Notes under the pieces: generated by a model | Told to the model about the DNA's origin: nothing | The model's input: the letters and a program-made list of their open reading frames with translations, nothing else | Databases searched by the model: none | Translations under genes and position numbers: made by a program | Shown: positions 1 through 9,132 of the stretch, in pieces | Layout of the letters: each line of letters begins with the position of its first letter | Numbering within the stretch: the first letter of the stretch is position 1 | DNA from: Nitrosopumilaceae archaeon | GTDB lineage: Archaea; Thermoproteota; Nitrososphaeria; Nitrososphaerales; Nitrosopumilaceae | Assembly: GCA_965203465.1 (NCBI GenBank) | Contig: CBDBCR010000001.1 | Location: forward strand, 32,001 to 96,000 | Reading direction: 5' to 3' | DNA length: 64,000 nucleotides

Positions 1-132
1 GTCGAGAGGCTCGAGGGCACGCCGAGCGTCTCGGAGGCGGCCGCCATCTCGGCCTCGGGCGGCCGGCTGGCCGTGCAGAAGCGAAAGTTCCCGCCCGACC
101 TGACGGTGGCCATAGCGAGGGTGCCGGTATGA
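1..132 (+). CDS. cbiG: Cobalamin biosynthesis protein CbiG, C-terminal end (partial, runs off the window)
   Basis: Frame 1 reads VERLEGTPSVSEAAAISASGGRLAVQKRKFPPDLTVAIARVPV*, the typical CbiG C-terminal 'GTPSVSEAAA...TVAIA' motif; ATGA overlap with cbiX. Confidence 0.8.
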   Translation, partial: VERLEGTPSVSEAAAISASGGRLAVQKRKFPPDLTVAIARVPV

Positions 133-881
133 GGCGCGGCATGCTGATAATCGACAGGGGCAGCAGGCAGCGCGAGGCCGGCGAGGAGCTCGAAAAGATA
201 TGCGGCGCTATCGAAAAAGGGGGGCGCTACGAGTACGTCGGCTACTGCTTTCTGGAGGTCGAGCCGCCGTTCATCGAAGACGGCCTGCCCAGGGCGCTCG
301 CGCAGGACTTGGACAGCCTCACCGTCGTCCCATACTTTCTGTACCCGGGCAGGAAGGTAAAGATCGCCGTGGCCGAGGCCATGACCTACCAGGAAAAGAC
401 CGAGACGAAACTGTGCGTGACGCGGGCCATGAGCATGCACCCGGCCATGGTGGAGCTTGCCGACATGCGGGTGCGCGAGGCGCTGCAAGAGGGCGGCGAT
501 CTACCCAGGGGGAGGGTCGACGTGCTCGTCATAGGCCACGGCAGCAAGGATCCCAACGCGCAGATGGCCCTCAAATACGTGGCCGTCGGCCTCGAAAAGA
601 TGGGGTACAGGAACGTATCGCACTGCTTTTTAGAGATAGAGCAGCCCGACATCGCCGCCGGCGTGTCCGCCTGCGCGGCCAGGGACCCCGAGGCGCTGGC
701 GATAGTGTTTTACTTTCTGCACGAGGGCGCGCACGTAAAGACCGACATCAGCGCCGACCTGGATCCGGTCTTGAAAGAGTCCGGCCTGAAGCGCGTCTGC
801 GTAACGAAGCACCTGGGCGCCGACGAGCGCATGGTAAAGCTGATACTGGAAAGAGCTAGGGAGGTCGAGGATGCAGACTGA
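129..881 (+). CDS. cbiX: Sirohydrochlorin cobaltochelatase (two CbiX domains)
   Basis: Duplicated CbiX motifs (CFLEVEPP..., GHGSKDP...CFLEIEQP...HEGAHVKTDI); cobalamin operon context. Confidence 0.88.
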   Translation: MRRGMLIIDRGSRQREAGEELEKICGAIEKGGRYEYVGYCFLEVEPPFIEDGLPRALAQDLDSLTVVPYFLYPGRKVKIAVAEAMTYQEKTETKLCVTRAMSMHPAMVELADMRVREALQEGGDLPRGRVDVLVIGHGSKDPNAQMALKYVAVGLEKMGYRNVSHCFLEIEQPDIAAGVSACAARDPEALAIVFYFLHEGAHVKTDISADLDPVLKESGLKRVCVTKHLGADERMVKLILERAREVEDAD

Positions 882-1488
882 AAAGGGGCAGTCCATAGAG
901 GACGCGAGCATGCGGATGATAGAAGACGAGGTGGGCCCGCACTCCTACGGCGAGCTACAGTGGCCTATAGTGAGGCGCATAATACACACCACGGCCGACT
1001 TTGACTTTGCCGGGGCCAACGCGGTGCTGTTCTCGGACGGGGCCGTCGAGGCGGGCGCCCGGGCCCTGCGCTCCGGGGCCACCGTGGTGGCCGACGTGAA
1101 CGGGGTGTACGGCGGCATGAACAAGCAGAACCCCGCGCGGTGCGGCAACGAGATAGTGTGCAGGATATCCGATCCGGACGTGGCGGCGCGCGCGGCAGAG
1201 CTCGGCCTGACCAGATCGGAGGCCGCCATGCGCATGTCCGCAAAGGACATCGACGGGGGCGTGGTCGCGGTGGGCAACGCGCCGACCGCGCTACTCGAAG
1301 TAATCCGCATGCACAAAGAGGGCCTGGCCACGCCGGCCCTGGTGGTGGGGATACCGGTCGGGTTCATATCGGCCCCCGAATCGAAGGAAGAGCTGGCCTC
1401 GACGGACATGCGCTACATCACCAACAGGGGCCGCAAGGGCGGCAGCGCGGTGGCCGCCGCGGTGATCAACGCCCTGTACAAGACTTGA
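871..1488 (+). CDS. cbiC: Precorrin-8X / cobalt-precorrin-8 methylmutase
   Basis: RRIIHTTADFDF, VGNAPTALL, GIPVGFI, GRKGGSAVAAA motifs. Confidence 0.95.
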   Translation: MQTEKGQSIEDASMRMIEDEVGPHSYGELQWPIVRRIIHTTADFDFAGANAVLFSDGAVEAGARALRSGATVVADVNGVYGGMNKQNPARCGNEIVCRISDPDVAARAAELGLTRSEAAMRMSAKDIDGGVVAVGNAPTALLEVIRMHKEGLATPALVVGIPVGFISAPESKEELASTDMRYITNRGRKGGSAVAAAVINALYKT

Positions 1489-2806
1489 CGCACCGGCGCA
1501 CGAACTCTGCCGCAAAGCCGCCGCCGCCAAAGTACAGGTGGCCGTACGAGGCAAGCAGCCCGTCCTGCACGATGCCGTCGCGGCCCCCCGCTATGCCCTC
1601 CCCCGCGGAGAGCTCGTAGGCGAACTTGGCGTCGCGCGGCGCGTCGGTGCGCGAATAGTGGAACTCGTGGCCGCGGAACGGAGAGCGGGCCGGCGAGACG
1701 GCGCAGTCGCGCACCACGCGGCCCTCCGTGTAGTTGAGCGTGAGCTTGCCGGTCATGCGGGAATCGGCCTCGATCACGCCGGCCATGGCGCGGCTTTTTC
1801 CGTCGCGTATCGACCTTGCCAGGTACATGAGGCCGCCGCACTCTGCGTACGCCGGCGCGCCCCCCTCTATCTTTTCCTTTACGGACGAGAGCATGGGGCG
1901 GTTCTCCGAGAGGCGCTGCGCCATCACCTCCGGGAATCCGCCGCCTATGTACAGCCCGTCGCAGTCCGGCACCTTTTGGTCCGAGAGCGGGCTGAAAAAG
2001 ACCGTGCGCGCCCCGCAGCGGCGCAACTCTTCGAGGTTGGCGGGGTAGTAAAAGTTGAACGAGTCGTCTAGGGCCACGGCCACCGTGCACTCTGGGGGAG
2101 CGGGCCCGGGCCGGGCGCGCTGCCGGATGGGCTCTGCGCGCGCAAGCTCCAGCACCCTGTCCAGATTTATGAATTCAGAGGCCGCGCGCGCTCTCTCCAC
2201 CGTGAGCCGGGATGTGGAGGCCTCGCGGGCCGGCACCAGCCCGAGGTGCCGCGACGGCAAAGAAGAGCCGGGATCGTGCGGTATCGCGCCGAGCACCTCG
2301 ATGCCCGACTCCGCCATGGCCTCGCGGCACATCCTCTCGTGCCTTTCGCTCTTTACCCTGTTGAGCACCACGCCGCGCACGCGCGCGTCCTCGCGGAACC
2401 GCGAAAACCCCAAAGCCGTGGCCGCCAGCGACCTGGCCGTCCCCGACGCGTCGAGCACCAGCACCACGTTGCAGCCGAGCAGCGAGGCCACCTGGTACGT
2501 GCTGGCAAGGTCGCCGCGCCCCGAGGCCCCGTCGTAATATCCCATGACGCCCTCTATGACGGCCACGTCTGCCTCGCGCGAGGCGAACGCGCGCAGCAGC
2601 TCCTCTTCGCCCATCAGCCACGCGTCGAGGTTGAGCGCCTCGCGGCCCGAGGCCGCGGCCAGGTGGCCCGGGTCTATGTAGTCGGGGCCCACCTTGAAGG
2701 GCTGCACCGAATAGCCGCGCCGCGCCAGGCCGCTGCACACGGCGCAGGCCACCGACGTCTTGCCCGAGCCGCTCGAGGCCCCCGCCACCACTATGCGCGC
2801 GTCCAA
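1466..2806 (-). CDS. cbiA: Cobyrinate a,c-diamide synthase
   Basis: SGSGKT P-loop, FKVGPDYIDP, IEGVMGYYDG, GGGFPE, AECGGLMYL, GHEFHYS. Confidence 0.95.
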   Translation of the reverse strand: MDARIVVAGASSGSGKTSVACAVCSGLARRGYSVQPFKVGPDYIDPGHLAAASGREALNLDAWLMGEEELLRAFASREADVAVIEGVMGYYDGASGRGDLASTYQVASLLGCNVVLVLDASGTARSLAATALGFSRFREDARVRGVVLNRVKSERHERMCREAMAESGIEVLGAIPHDPGSSLPSRHLGLVPAREASTSRLTVERARAASEFINLDRVLELARAEPIRQRARPGPAPPECTVAVALDDSFNFYYPANLEELRRCGARTVFFSPLSDQKVPDCDGLYIGGGFPEVMAQRLSENRPMLSSVKEKIEGGAPAYAECGGLMYLARSIRDGKSRAMAGVIEADSRMTGKLTLNYTEGRVVRDCAVSPARSPFRGHEFHYSRTDAPRDAKFAYELSAGEGIAGGRDGIVQDGLLASYGHLYFGGGGFAAEFVRRCVKSCTGR

Positions 2807-2867
2807 AGCCGGGGCGGGCCCGGCCCGCGCGTCTATAAACCGTTCAGGGTTTCCGAGAGCCGGGCCC

Positions 2868-3188
2868 TCAGAGCTCGCTTTCGACCCTGTCGATCATCTC
2901 CTGCATCTTTGCCTCGCTGGGCCGGTTCAGTATCATCCCGTGCTCCTCCATCAGCGCGAACCAGGAATCCTGCCTGTCCGGCGGCATGCGGACCCGGACC
3001 GTCTCGAAGGCGAGCCCGAACAGCAGGTCCGCCTCGGCCGGCGACTTTGCCTTCCTCTGGCAGAGCACGCGCAGCTCGCACAGATCGCAGTGGCCGCGTA
3101 TGCCCTCCCACTCCAGGTACGCCTCCATCGTGAACGCGCCGTCCGGCCCGCAGATCCCCCTGGCCCGCAGCAGCTCTTTGGAGTTCAC
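2868..3188 (-). CDS. Conserved hypothetical protein (CDLC motif)
   Basis: ORF with host-like codon usage; likely GTG start at 3188 (MNSKELL...) about 25 nt downstream of a TTATAT box. Confidence 0.65.
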   Translation of the reverse strand: MNSKELLRARGICGPDGAFTMEAYLEWEGIRGHCDLCELRVLCQRKAKSPAEADLLFGLAFETVRVRMPPDRQDSWFALMEEHGMILNRPSEAKMQEMIDRVESEL

Positions 3189-3282
3189 GCCCGCCTCCCG
3201 CGCCGCAAGGATATAAGCCGCGCGCAGCCGCGGCCGCCGGGGCCCGCCAACTCTTTTTACACGGCCGCGCGCGCAGCCCCGC

Positions 3283-3807
3283 GTGGGCCTGCTGATAGTG
3301 TACACCGGGGGCGGCAAGGGCAAGACGACTGCCGCGCTGGGAATGGCGCTGCGCGCAGCCGGCCACGGCAAGCGCGTCTGCATGGTGCAGTTCATCAAGG
3401 GATCGTGGCGCTACGGCGAGATGGACTCGGCGCCCATGCTGGCCCCCCACTTCGAGCTGGTGCCGGCCGGCAGGGGGTTCGTCGGGATAATAGACGATAC
3501 GAGCCCCAAAGAGGTCCACCGAGAGGCCGCGCGCGCGGCGCTCTCCGAGGCGGCCGCCCGCATAGCCTCGGGCGCCTACGGCATCGTCATGCTCGACGAG
3601 GTAAACTACGCCGTGGACCTGGGCCTGGTGGACGAAGAAAAAGTGCTCGAGGCGGTGCGTGCGAGGCCCGAGGGGACCGACGTGGTGCTGACGGGCAACC
3701 GCGCGAGGCCCGCGATAATAGAGGAGGCCGACCTGGTCACCGAGATGAGGGAGGTAAAGCACCCGTACCGCTCCGGCATAAAGGCCAAGCGCGGCGTCGA
3801 CTTTTGA
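3283..3807 (+). CDS. cobO: Cob(I)yrinic acid a,c-diamide adenosyltransferase (CobA/CobO/BtuR)
   Basis: YTGGGKGKTTAALG, QFIKG, LDEVNYA, ADLVTEMREVKHPY. Confidence 0.95.
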   Translation: MGLLIVYTGGGKGKTTAALGMALRAAGHGKRVCMVQFIKGSWRYGEMDSAPMLAPHFELVPAGRGFVGIIDDTSPKEVHREAARAALSEAAARIASGAYGIVMLDEVNYAVDLGLVDEEKVLEAVRARPEGTDVVLTGNRARPAIIEEADLVTEMREVKHPYRSGIKAKRGVDF

Positions 3808-3841
3808 AACACTTTTACCCGCCGGCCCCGGCGCGCCGCCC

Positions 3842-4630
3842 GTGCCCGAAGAGATGCCCGAGCAGGGCGAGATAGTCATGGCCACGGTCTCGCGCATAAT
3901 GGACCACGGCGCGTACGTGACCCTAGACGAGTACGACGGCATGCAGGGGTTTCTGCACATAGGCGAGATAGCCCCCGGGTGGATAAGGTCGGTGAGCAAG
4001 TTCGTGCGCGAGGGCGAAAAAAAGGTGCTGCTGGTCAAAAAAGTCAACCGCAACAGGAGGGACGTGGACCTGTCGCTCAAGCAGGTCTCGGCCGACCAGC
4101 GCAAGAAAAAGCTGCTCGACGCAAAGCGCGAGGAGCGCGGCAAGACCCTCATGGCCAGCGTGGCCGAAAAGGCGGGCCTCGACGGCGCGGGGGCCGAAAA
4201 GGCCGAGGAGATCCTGTACTCAAAGTACGAATCCCTGCACGACGCGTTCATGGACATGGCCGCCAAGGGCCCCGAAGCTGCGGGCCTGAAACTGCCCGAG
4301 GCCGTCTCGGCGGCCATAACGGAGGTCTGCTCCAAGATACGGCTGCCCTCCGTCGAGATCAGGGGGATAATGGAGATAACCAACCCGCGCCCCGACGGCG
4401 TCGAGATAATCAAAAAGGCGCTCGGCTCGGCGTCCGGCGAGGGGGACGTGGGGGTGGAGGTGACCTACCTTGGCGCCCCAAAGTACAGGCTCGGCATCAC
4501 CGCGCCGGACTTCAAGTCGGCCGAGCGCGCCATAAAGCCGGTCATATCGGGCATACAGCAAAAGGTGGAGAAAAAGGGCGGCACGTTCAGGTTCGACCGC
4601 GAGGAATCCAAAAAGACGAGGGCCGCCTGA
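3842..4630 (+). CDS. eif2a: Translation initiation factor aIF-2 subunit alpha
   Basis: N-terminal S1 domain (GAYVTLDEY...HIGEIAPGW), YLGAPKYR; followed by nop10 as is conserved in archaea. Confidence 0.95.
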   Translation: MPEEMPEQGEIVMATVSRIMDHGAYVTLDEYDGMQGFLHIGEIAPGWIRSVSKFVREGEKKVLLVKKVNRNRRDVDLSLKQVSADQRKKKLLDAKREERGKTLMASVAEKAGLDGAGAEKAEEILYSKYESLHDAFMDMAAKGPEAAGLKLPEAVSAAITEVCSKIRLPSVEIRGIMEITNPRPDGVEIIKKALGSASGEGDVGVEVTYLGAPKYRLGITAPDFKSAERAIKPVISGIQQKVEKKGGTFRFDREESKKTRAA

Positions 4631-4631
4631 G

Positions 4632-4787
4632 ATGAAGTTCGTGCTCAGGAGGTGCGGCGCGTGCGGCAGGTACACCCTGGCGGCGGGGTGCCCCGCCTGC
4701 GGGGCCGAGACTGCCTCTGCGCACCCCGCGAAGTTCTCGCCAGACGACAAGTACGCAAGGTACAGGCTAGCCGGGAGGTACCGGTGA
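4632..4787 (+). CDS. nop10: H/ACA RNP protein Nop10 (not in ORF track)
   Basis: MKFVLRRCGACGRYTLAAGCPACGAETASAHPAKFSPDDKYARYRL: zinc knuckle plus the HPAKFSPDDKY signature. Confidence 0.93.
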   Translation: MKFVLRRCGACGRYTLAAGCPACGAETASAHPAKFSPDDKYARYRLAGRYR

Positions 4788-6875
4788 GTACGCGTCGTTG
4801 ACCTCGTATATCATGACGGCCAGCACGGTCTCTGCGCCCTCTGCAAAGCTGGGCGAGGCGTACGCCAGCCTGAACGGCCCGTCCCCGCCGGGCGGGTACT
4901 TTACAGACGGGGCGTAGAGGGGCAGCGAGCCGTCGAAGAACTCGTCGGAGGCAAGGTCGTCGGCGTAGAAAGAGTGCTCCTCGTACGGGAACATCTTGCC
5001 CATGGCCGTCTCCCAGAACGCGTCGTTGGGCGAGAGGCCGTCCGAGTGCAGGAACCTCTCCAGCGGCTCGCCGGCCACCGGTATTATGGACGGAAGCTTG
5101 CTCTCCTCGCCGCCGCCGGCAAGCGCGAAGACCTTTTCGCCGTTGAGCGTGTAGCGCTCGGCGGCCACGAAGACCAGCACGTAGTCGGCCCCCTTGGACT
5201 GGAAATACCGCCACGCCTCGTCGGGCTCGGAGAGCAGGGCGGCTGCCATTTGCTTTATGCGCGTCCAGCTGAGCGTGGCGTTGTCGGCCAGCGTCGGGCG
5301 CTCCGATACGGCCGTTATCCAGTACCCGTAGTCCCACCAGGCGGCCACCACCGAGCCGGGCGGCGTCTCGTGCTTTATCCACGCGAGCGCGGCGGGCCAG
5401 TCCTGGAAGGTCCCCTGGAACCACGTGCCGCCGTTGAGTATGTTGGGCGGCACCGAGGCGGCATCGGCCCGGGTCTGGTCTTCGGGCAGGGCGAGCGGGG
5501 CGGCCAGCAGAGCTACCAGGCCGGCGGCGACCGCGCACTTTAGGGCGAGCCGCGCGGGCCGGCGCCCCGTTCTGAGCGCGCCGGCCAGGCGCGCAGCGGA
5601 CTTGTCCAGCCCCCCCGAAGAGAGGATCTCCGAGACCGCGACGCCTGCCAGCATCGCCAGCCCGAGCGAGGCGAGCAGTTCCAGGCGCACCAGCGAGGCG
5701 CCCACGTACACGCCGGCCAGGGCAAAGACCAGCGCGAAGGCGGCCGCGTGCCGCCCGGGCCGGGCGGGCCCGAGGCGCGAAAACAGGTACCAGGCGCCGG
5801 GCAGGGCCAGCACCATCGCGGTCGAGTGGTAAAAGAACGAGACGCCGGCGGTCGGGACCGCGTGCTCCGAGACCGAGTCGCCGGTGGCCGACTGCTCCAG
5901 GAACGGGGCCACCGCGTACAGGTACCTCCCTACCCAGCTCGCCGAGGCGTCCGACGAGGCCGGCCCGGCTGCCATGGCCAGCGCGCCCGCCGCCACCACG
6001 GCGGCCAGGACCAGCGCGCCGTTGCGGGCCGACTTTTCCGGCGCGCTCCTTTGGCGGGCCAGCGCGGCGGCCAGCGCGGCCGCGGCCGACGAGGCCAGGG
6101 CTATGCCCCCAAAGCCGGCGGCCAGGTCGGGGCCGGGGCGCTCGAAGAGCAGCGAGACGGCCAGCACCGCCGCGGCGAACGGCACGACCACCCGCGCCAG
6201 GCGGCCCGCCCGGACGCCGGCGAACGGCAGCACGGGGAAGAACAGAGCCGCCACCAGCAGAAAGAACGTGGCCCCGCCCCACGCCGAGATGCCCAGCACC
6301 AGGACCGCTCCGCCCGCGGCCGAGCACGCAAGCGCCCGCCTGTCGCCCTTTGCGCCTACCGCGTACAGCAGCAGGCACATGGCGATGAGGCCGTAAAAGA
6401 CGCCGAGCGGCTCGGACTTGAACCAGCCCAGCGAGCCGCGCAGCACCACCGGCAGCGAGACAGAGTACAGCAGCGCGGCGGCCAGCCCGGCGGCGGTGCC
6501 GCCCACGAGCCGGACCAGCGCGAATACGACCAGCACCGTCAGCGAGCCGACCACCACCGGGAACATTACCGCAAAGTCGTACAGGTCCGAGCCGGCGCCG
6601 AACGCGGCGTACGCGCCGGCCGCCGTAGCGTGCAGCATCACCTGGGACGTGGCCGATATGTCGCGGCCGTGCCCGTACCAGCTCAGCTCGTCGTGCCACT
6701 CCATGTACTCGGCGAGGCCGTTTTCGACCATGAACTCGGTGGCGCGGTAGTTGAAGAACGGATCGAACTCGTGCAGATCGTAGCCGTGCTGCGCGACCGG
6801 CAGCGACCTCATCGCCAGCGACGCAGAGACCGCGAGGGCCAGCACCCCGACCACCAATAGCGCGCGCCCGTTCAA
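4767..6875 (-). CDS. aglB: Oligosaccharyltransferase AglB (STT3 family)
   Basis: EFDPFFNYR, many TM helices, SVSEH, WWDYG and TLADN motifs. Confidence 0.93.
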   Translation of the reverse strand: MNGRALLVVGVLALAVSASLAMRSLPVAQHGYDLHEFDPFFNYRATEFMVENGLAEYMEWHDELSWYGHGRDISATSQVMLHATAAGAYAAFGAGSDLYDFAVMFPVVVGSLTVLVVFALVRLVGGTAAGLAAALLYSVSLPVVLRGSLGWFKSEPLGVFYGLIAMCLLLYAVGAKGDRRALACSAAGGAVLVLGISAWGGATFFLLVAALFFPVLPFAGVRAGRLARVVVPFAAAVLAVSLLFERPGPDLAAGFGGIALASSAAAALAAALARQRSAPEKSARNGALVLAAVVAAGALAMAAGPASSDASASWVGRYLYAVAPFLEQSATGDSVSEHAVPTAGVSFFYHSTAMVLALPGAWYLFSRLGPARPGRHAAAFALVFALAGVYVGASLVRLELLASLGLAMLAGVAVSEILSSGGLDKSAARLAGALRTGRRPARLALKCAVAAGLVALLAAPLALPEDQTRADAASVPPNILNGGTWFQGTFQDWPAALAWIKHETPPGSVVAAWWDYGYWITAVSERPTLADNATLSWTRIKQMAAALLSEPDEAWRYFQSKGADYVLVFVAAERYTLNGEKVFALAGGGEESKLPSIIPVAGEPLERFLHSDGLSPNDAFWETAMGKMFPYEEHSFYADDLASDEFFDGSLPLYAPSVKYPPGGDGPFRLAYASPSFAEGAETVLAVMIYEVNDAYSPVPPG

Positions 6876-6902
6876 CCGCCCCGCTCCGCGGGCGCGTCTT
6901 TT

Positions 6903-7358
6903 TTACTCTTTATCAGGCTCGTAGGTGCCCTCCAGCCGGGCCTCGGCGAGCACGTGCCCCCGGGCGGCCCCGTCCAGCTCTTGCCGCGAGGCGCCGGGCG
7001 GCAGGTGCAGCAGCGCGTCGAGGGCGTACGCGCGCAGCACGTACCTGTGCCGCTTGTCGGGTGGGGCGGGCCCGCCGTAGCCGCTGTGGCCAAAGTCGGT
7101 CACCCCCTCCACCGAGCCGGGCGGCAGGGTGGAGCCGGGAAGCTCTTCGAGTGGGGCCACGTTCCAGACGGTCCAGTGGACCCAGATCTTGCCCGCCGGC
7201 TCTAGCGCGTCGGGATCGTCCAGTATTACGGCCAGGGAGCGGCAGCCTTCCGGCACGCCCGAGAAGCGCAGGGCCGGCCTGACGTTGCCGTTCTTGTAGC
7301 CGTGCCTGAGGGGGATCGGCTCGCCGTGGGCGAACGATGGGCTCGATACTTCGAACAC
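6903..7358 (-). CDS. YbhB/YbcL family PEBP (Raf kinase inhibitor-like) protein
   Basis: DDPDA...WVHW, GYGGPAPP..HRY..RAYALD; probable GTG start at 7358. Confidence 0.9.
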   Translation of the reverse strand: MFEVSSPSFAHGEPIPLRHGYKNGNVRPALRFSGVPEGCRSLAVILDDPDALEPAGKIWVHWTVWNVAPLEELPGSTLPPGSVEGVTDFGHSGYGGPAPPDKRHRYVLRAYALDALLHLPPGASRQELDGAARGHVLAEARLEGTYEPDKE

Positions 7359-7449
7359 GGCCGCGTTCGGGGGCCCGCAAAAATATGTCTTGCGCCGGGA
7401 TCCGGGCGCGCCTAGTGGCAAGCGGCGGCGCGGTGCCGGGCCGGGGCGC

Positions 7450-8714
7450 TCACGCGGTCGGATCCGACACCCGCCCCATGAACAGCACCATGCCGCTCTG
7501 CTCGTCGTATATGGCGAACAGGAACGGGCGGTTCGCGTTAAAGTGGAGTGGGGGTGGGGGTTCTGATTCTGTTATGGTCATAGCCGCAGCATCTTCCGAT
7601 GTCTCGGTCCCGTTTTCGTTTACCGTCAAGTACGCGCTGTGCCCCGCTCCATCCAGGTAGCAACCGCCTTCGTTGAATCCGTTCAGATGTGGAAAAATGG
7701 AACTGTCGTCGCTTTTGTGCTCGACGATGTAGGACCACACGCCCGGATGCGTCGAGACCCGGAACTTCGCGTCCTCGGTACGGGCTCCGGCGTCGAGATG
7801 CACGCCGTGGTACGTCGCGATCTGAAACTTTGGCAGCGACACCGAGATGTTCCTAGATTCCAGCATGCCGAGCCACTCCCCCATCCGTGCGCCAGATCTT
7901 TCCGCCAGCCTTTCTAGGCCGCCCGCCTCGTACGGCAGTACCACCAGCATGGAGAGCCGGTCCCCTTCGTACGGCAACCGGAGGACTTGGGCGTCCTCCG
8001 CGTTTGCGTAGTCAAAGCCGCCCTTTGCGTGCATAAAGTATGCATAGACGCCGTCCCCTTCGCCCCTCCAAAACTGCCCCTTTCTAGTGTCTTCTTTCGG
8101 GAACTGGATCGTCCAGGCTCCCTAAGTTGACCACGTTTGCGACAATCGCCAACAGTTTGCCGCATTGGACTACGGCGATGGACGTAGGCGCGATCTTGCC
8201 GCCGGCCTTTTCGGACGCCCGGTAGTCTATTTCCCTCCACACGGGTTTTGGCTCCCCGAAGTAAAATTCGTCCGCCTCGATCGGGTACGTCTCGGCCTCG
8301 ACCAAGTATGCCTGGCGCACAACGTCCAAGTACGATTCGAACCAGTCCGACATCCACAGTGCGTTGGCCATCTCCAAGACCGCGCGCGGGTCTTCGGCGT
8401 TGAGCGCGGCCATCATGCGCGCGGAGGCGGCGCGGCGCTCTTCATCGTCGGGCTCGAACCCGAACAGATCGATCATCCGGGAGGACGTAGAACCGCCCGC
8501 CCCCTCGTAGACTATGGAAAACACGGTGTGGGTGCCGACCGGCGAGAAAAAGACGTTGCCCTCGGTTTCCGACAGATTTCTGTAAAAATCAAAGGCGAAT
8601 TCGTTGACCGACTCTGCCGTCCGGGGGGGGCACCTCGGCCGTCCCTGAAGTCTCAAGCGCCAAGACAAAGGCAACCGCCGGCGCGGCAGACAAGGCCGCG
8701 CGCGTCCGCTTCAT
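7450..8714 (-). pseudogene. Serpin (serine protease inhibitor family), disrupted by two frameshifts
   Basis: Serpin motifs in three frames: signal-like MKRTRAALSAAPAVAFVLA from 8714; NEFAFDFY..NVFFSP..ANALW; GAWTIQFPKEDT..QVLRLPY..SMLVVLP..LPKF..VNENGTE..FNANRPFLFAI..VLFMGRVSDP. Breaks at the C8 run (8623-8630) and near 8122. Confidence 0.85.
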
Positions 8715-8763
8715 GGCGCCGGCCCGCGCGTCTCGGCTAAAAGAGTGCCGGGCGCGCAAACGG

Positions 8764-9132
8764 CTAGGAGAGCACCATCCTGTCCTGCCACAGCGTCAGG
8801 ACGCTGCCGCCGGCGCGCCGCACGCGCCCGCGCAGCCTCTTGTCCAGGGTGGCCACCGTGCCCCCGCGGCGCTCCACGTACCCCACGATGGCGTCGTCCG
8901 CCGGAACCGCGCTGATCTCCTCCAAGAGGCGCATGGAGCCGGCGCGCTCCAGGGCCGCCCCGGCGGCCGCCCGCTTGGGGCCGCGCTCCAGCATGGCCTC
9001 CAGCTCCGATACGACCGAGCGCGGCGCCACGAACGATATGCTGCCTATCTCGGCGCAGACAGAATCGATGTTGTGTATCCTGCCCGAGGCGAGCCTCACC
9101 AGAAAGTCCGTATCGCAGATGACCTCAGCCAA
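8764..9132 (-). CDS. PIN-domain protein (Fcf1/Utp24-like, usually downstream of aIF2-gamma)
   Basis: VICDTDFL, SVVSEL, ADDAI, VATLDKRL; TTG start overlaps the aIF2g stop. Confidence 0.85.
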   Translation of the reverse strand: MAEVICDTDFLVRLASGRIHNIDSVCAEIGSISFVAPRSVVSELEAMLERGPKRAAAGAALERAGSMRLLEEISAVPADDAIVGYVERRGGTVATLDKRLRGRVRRAGGSVLTLWQDRMVLS

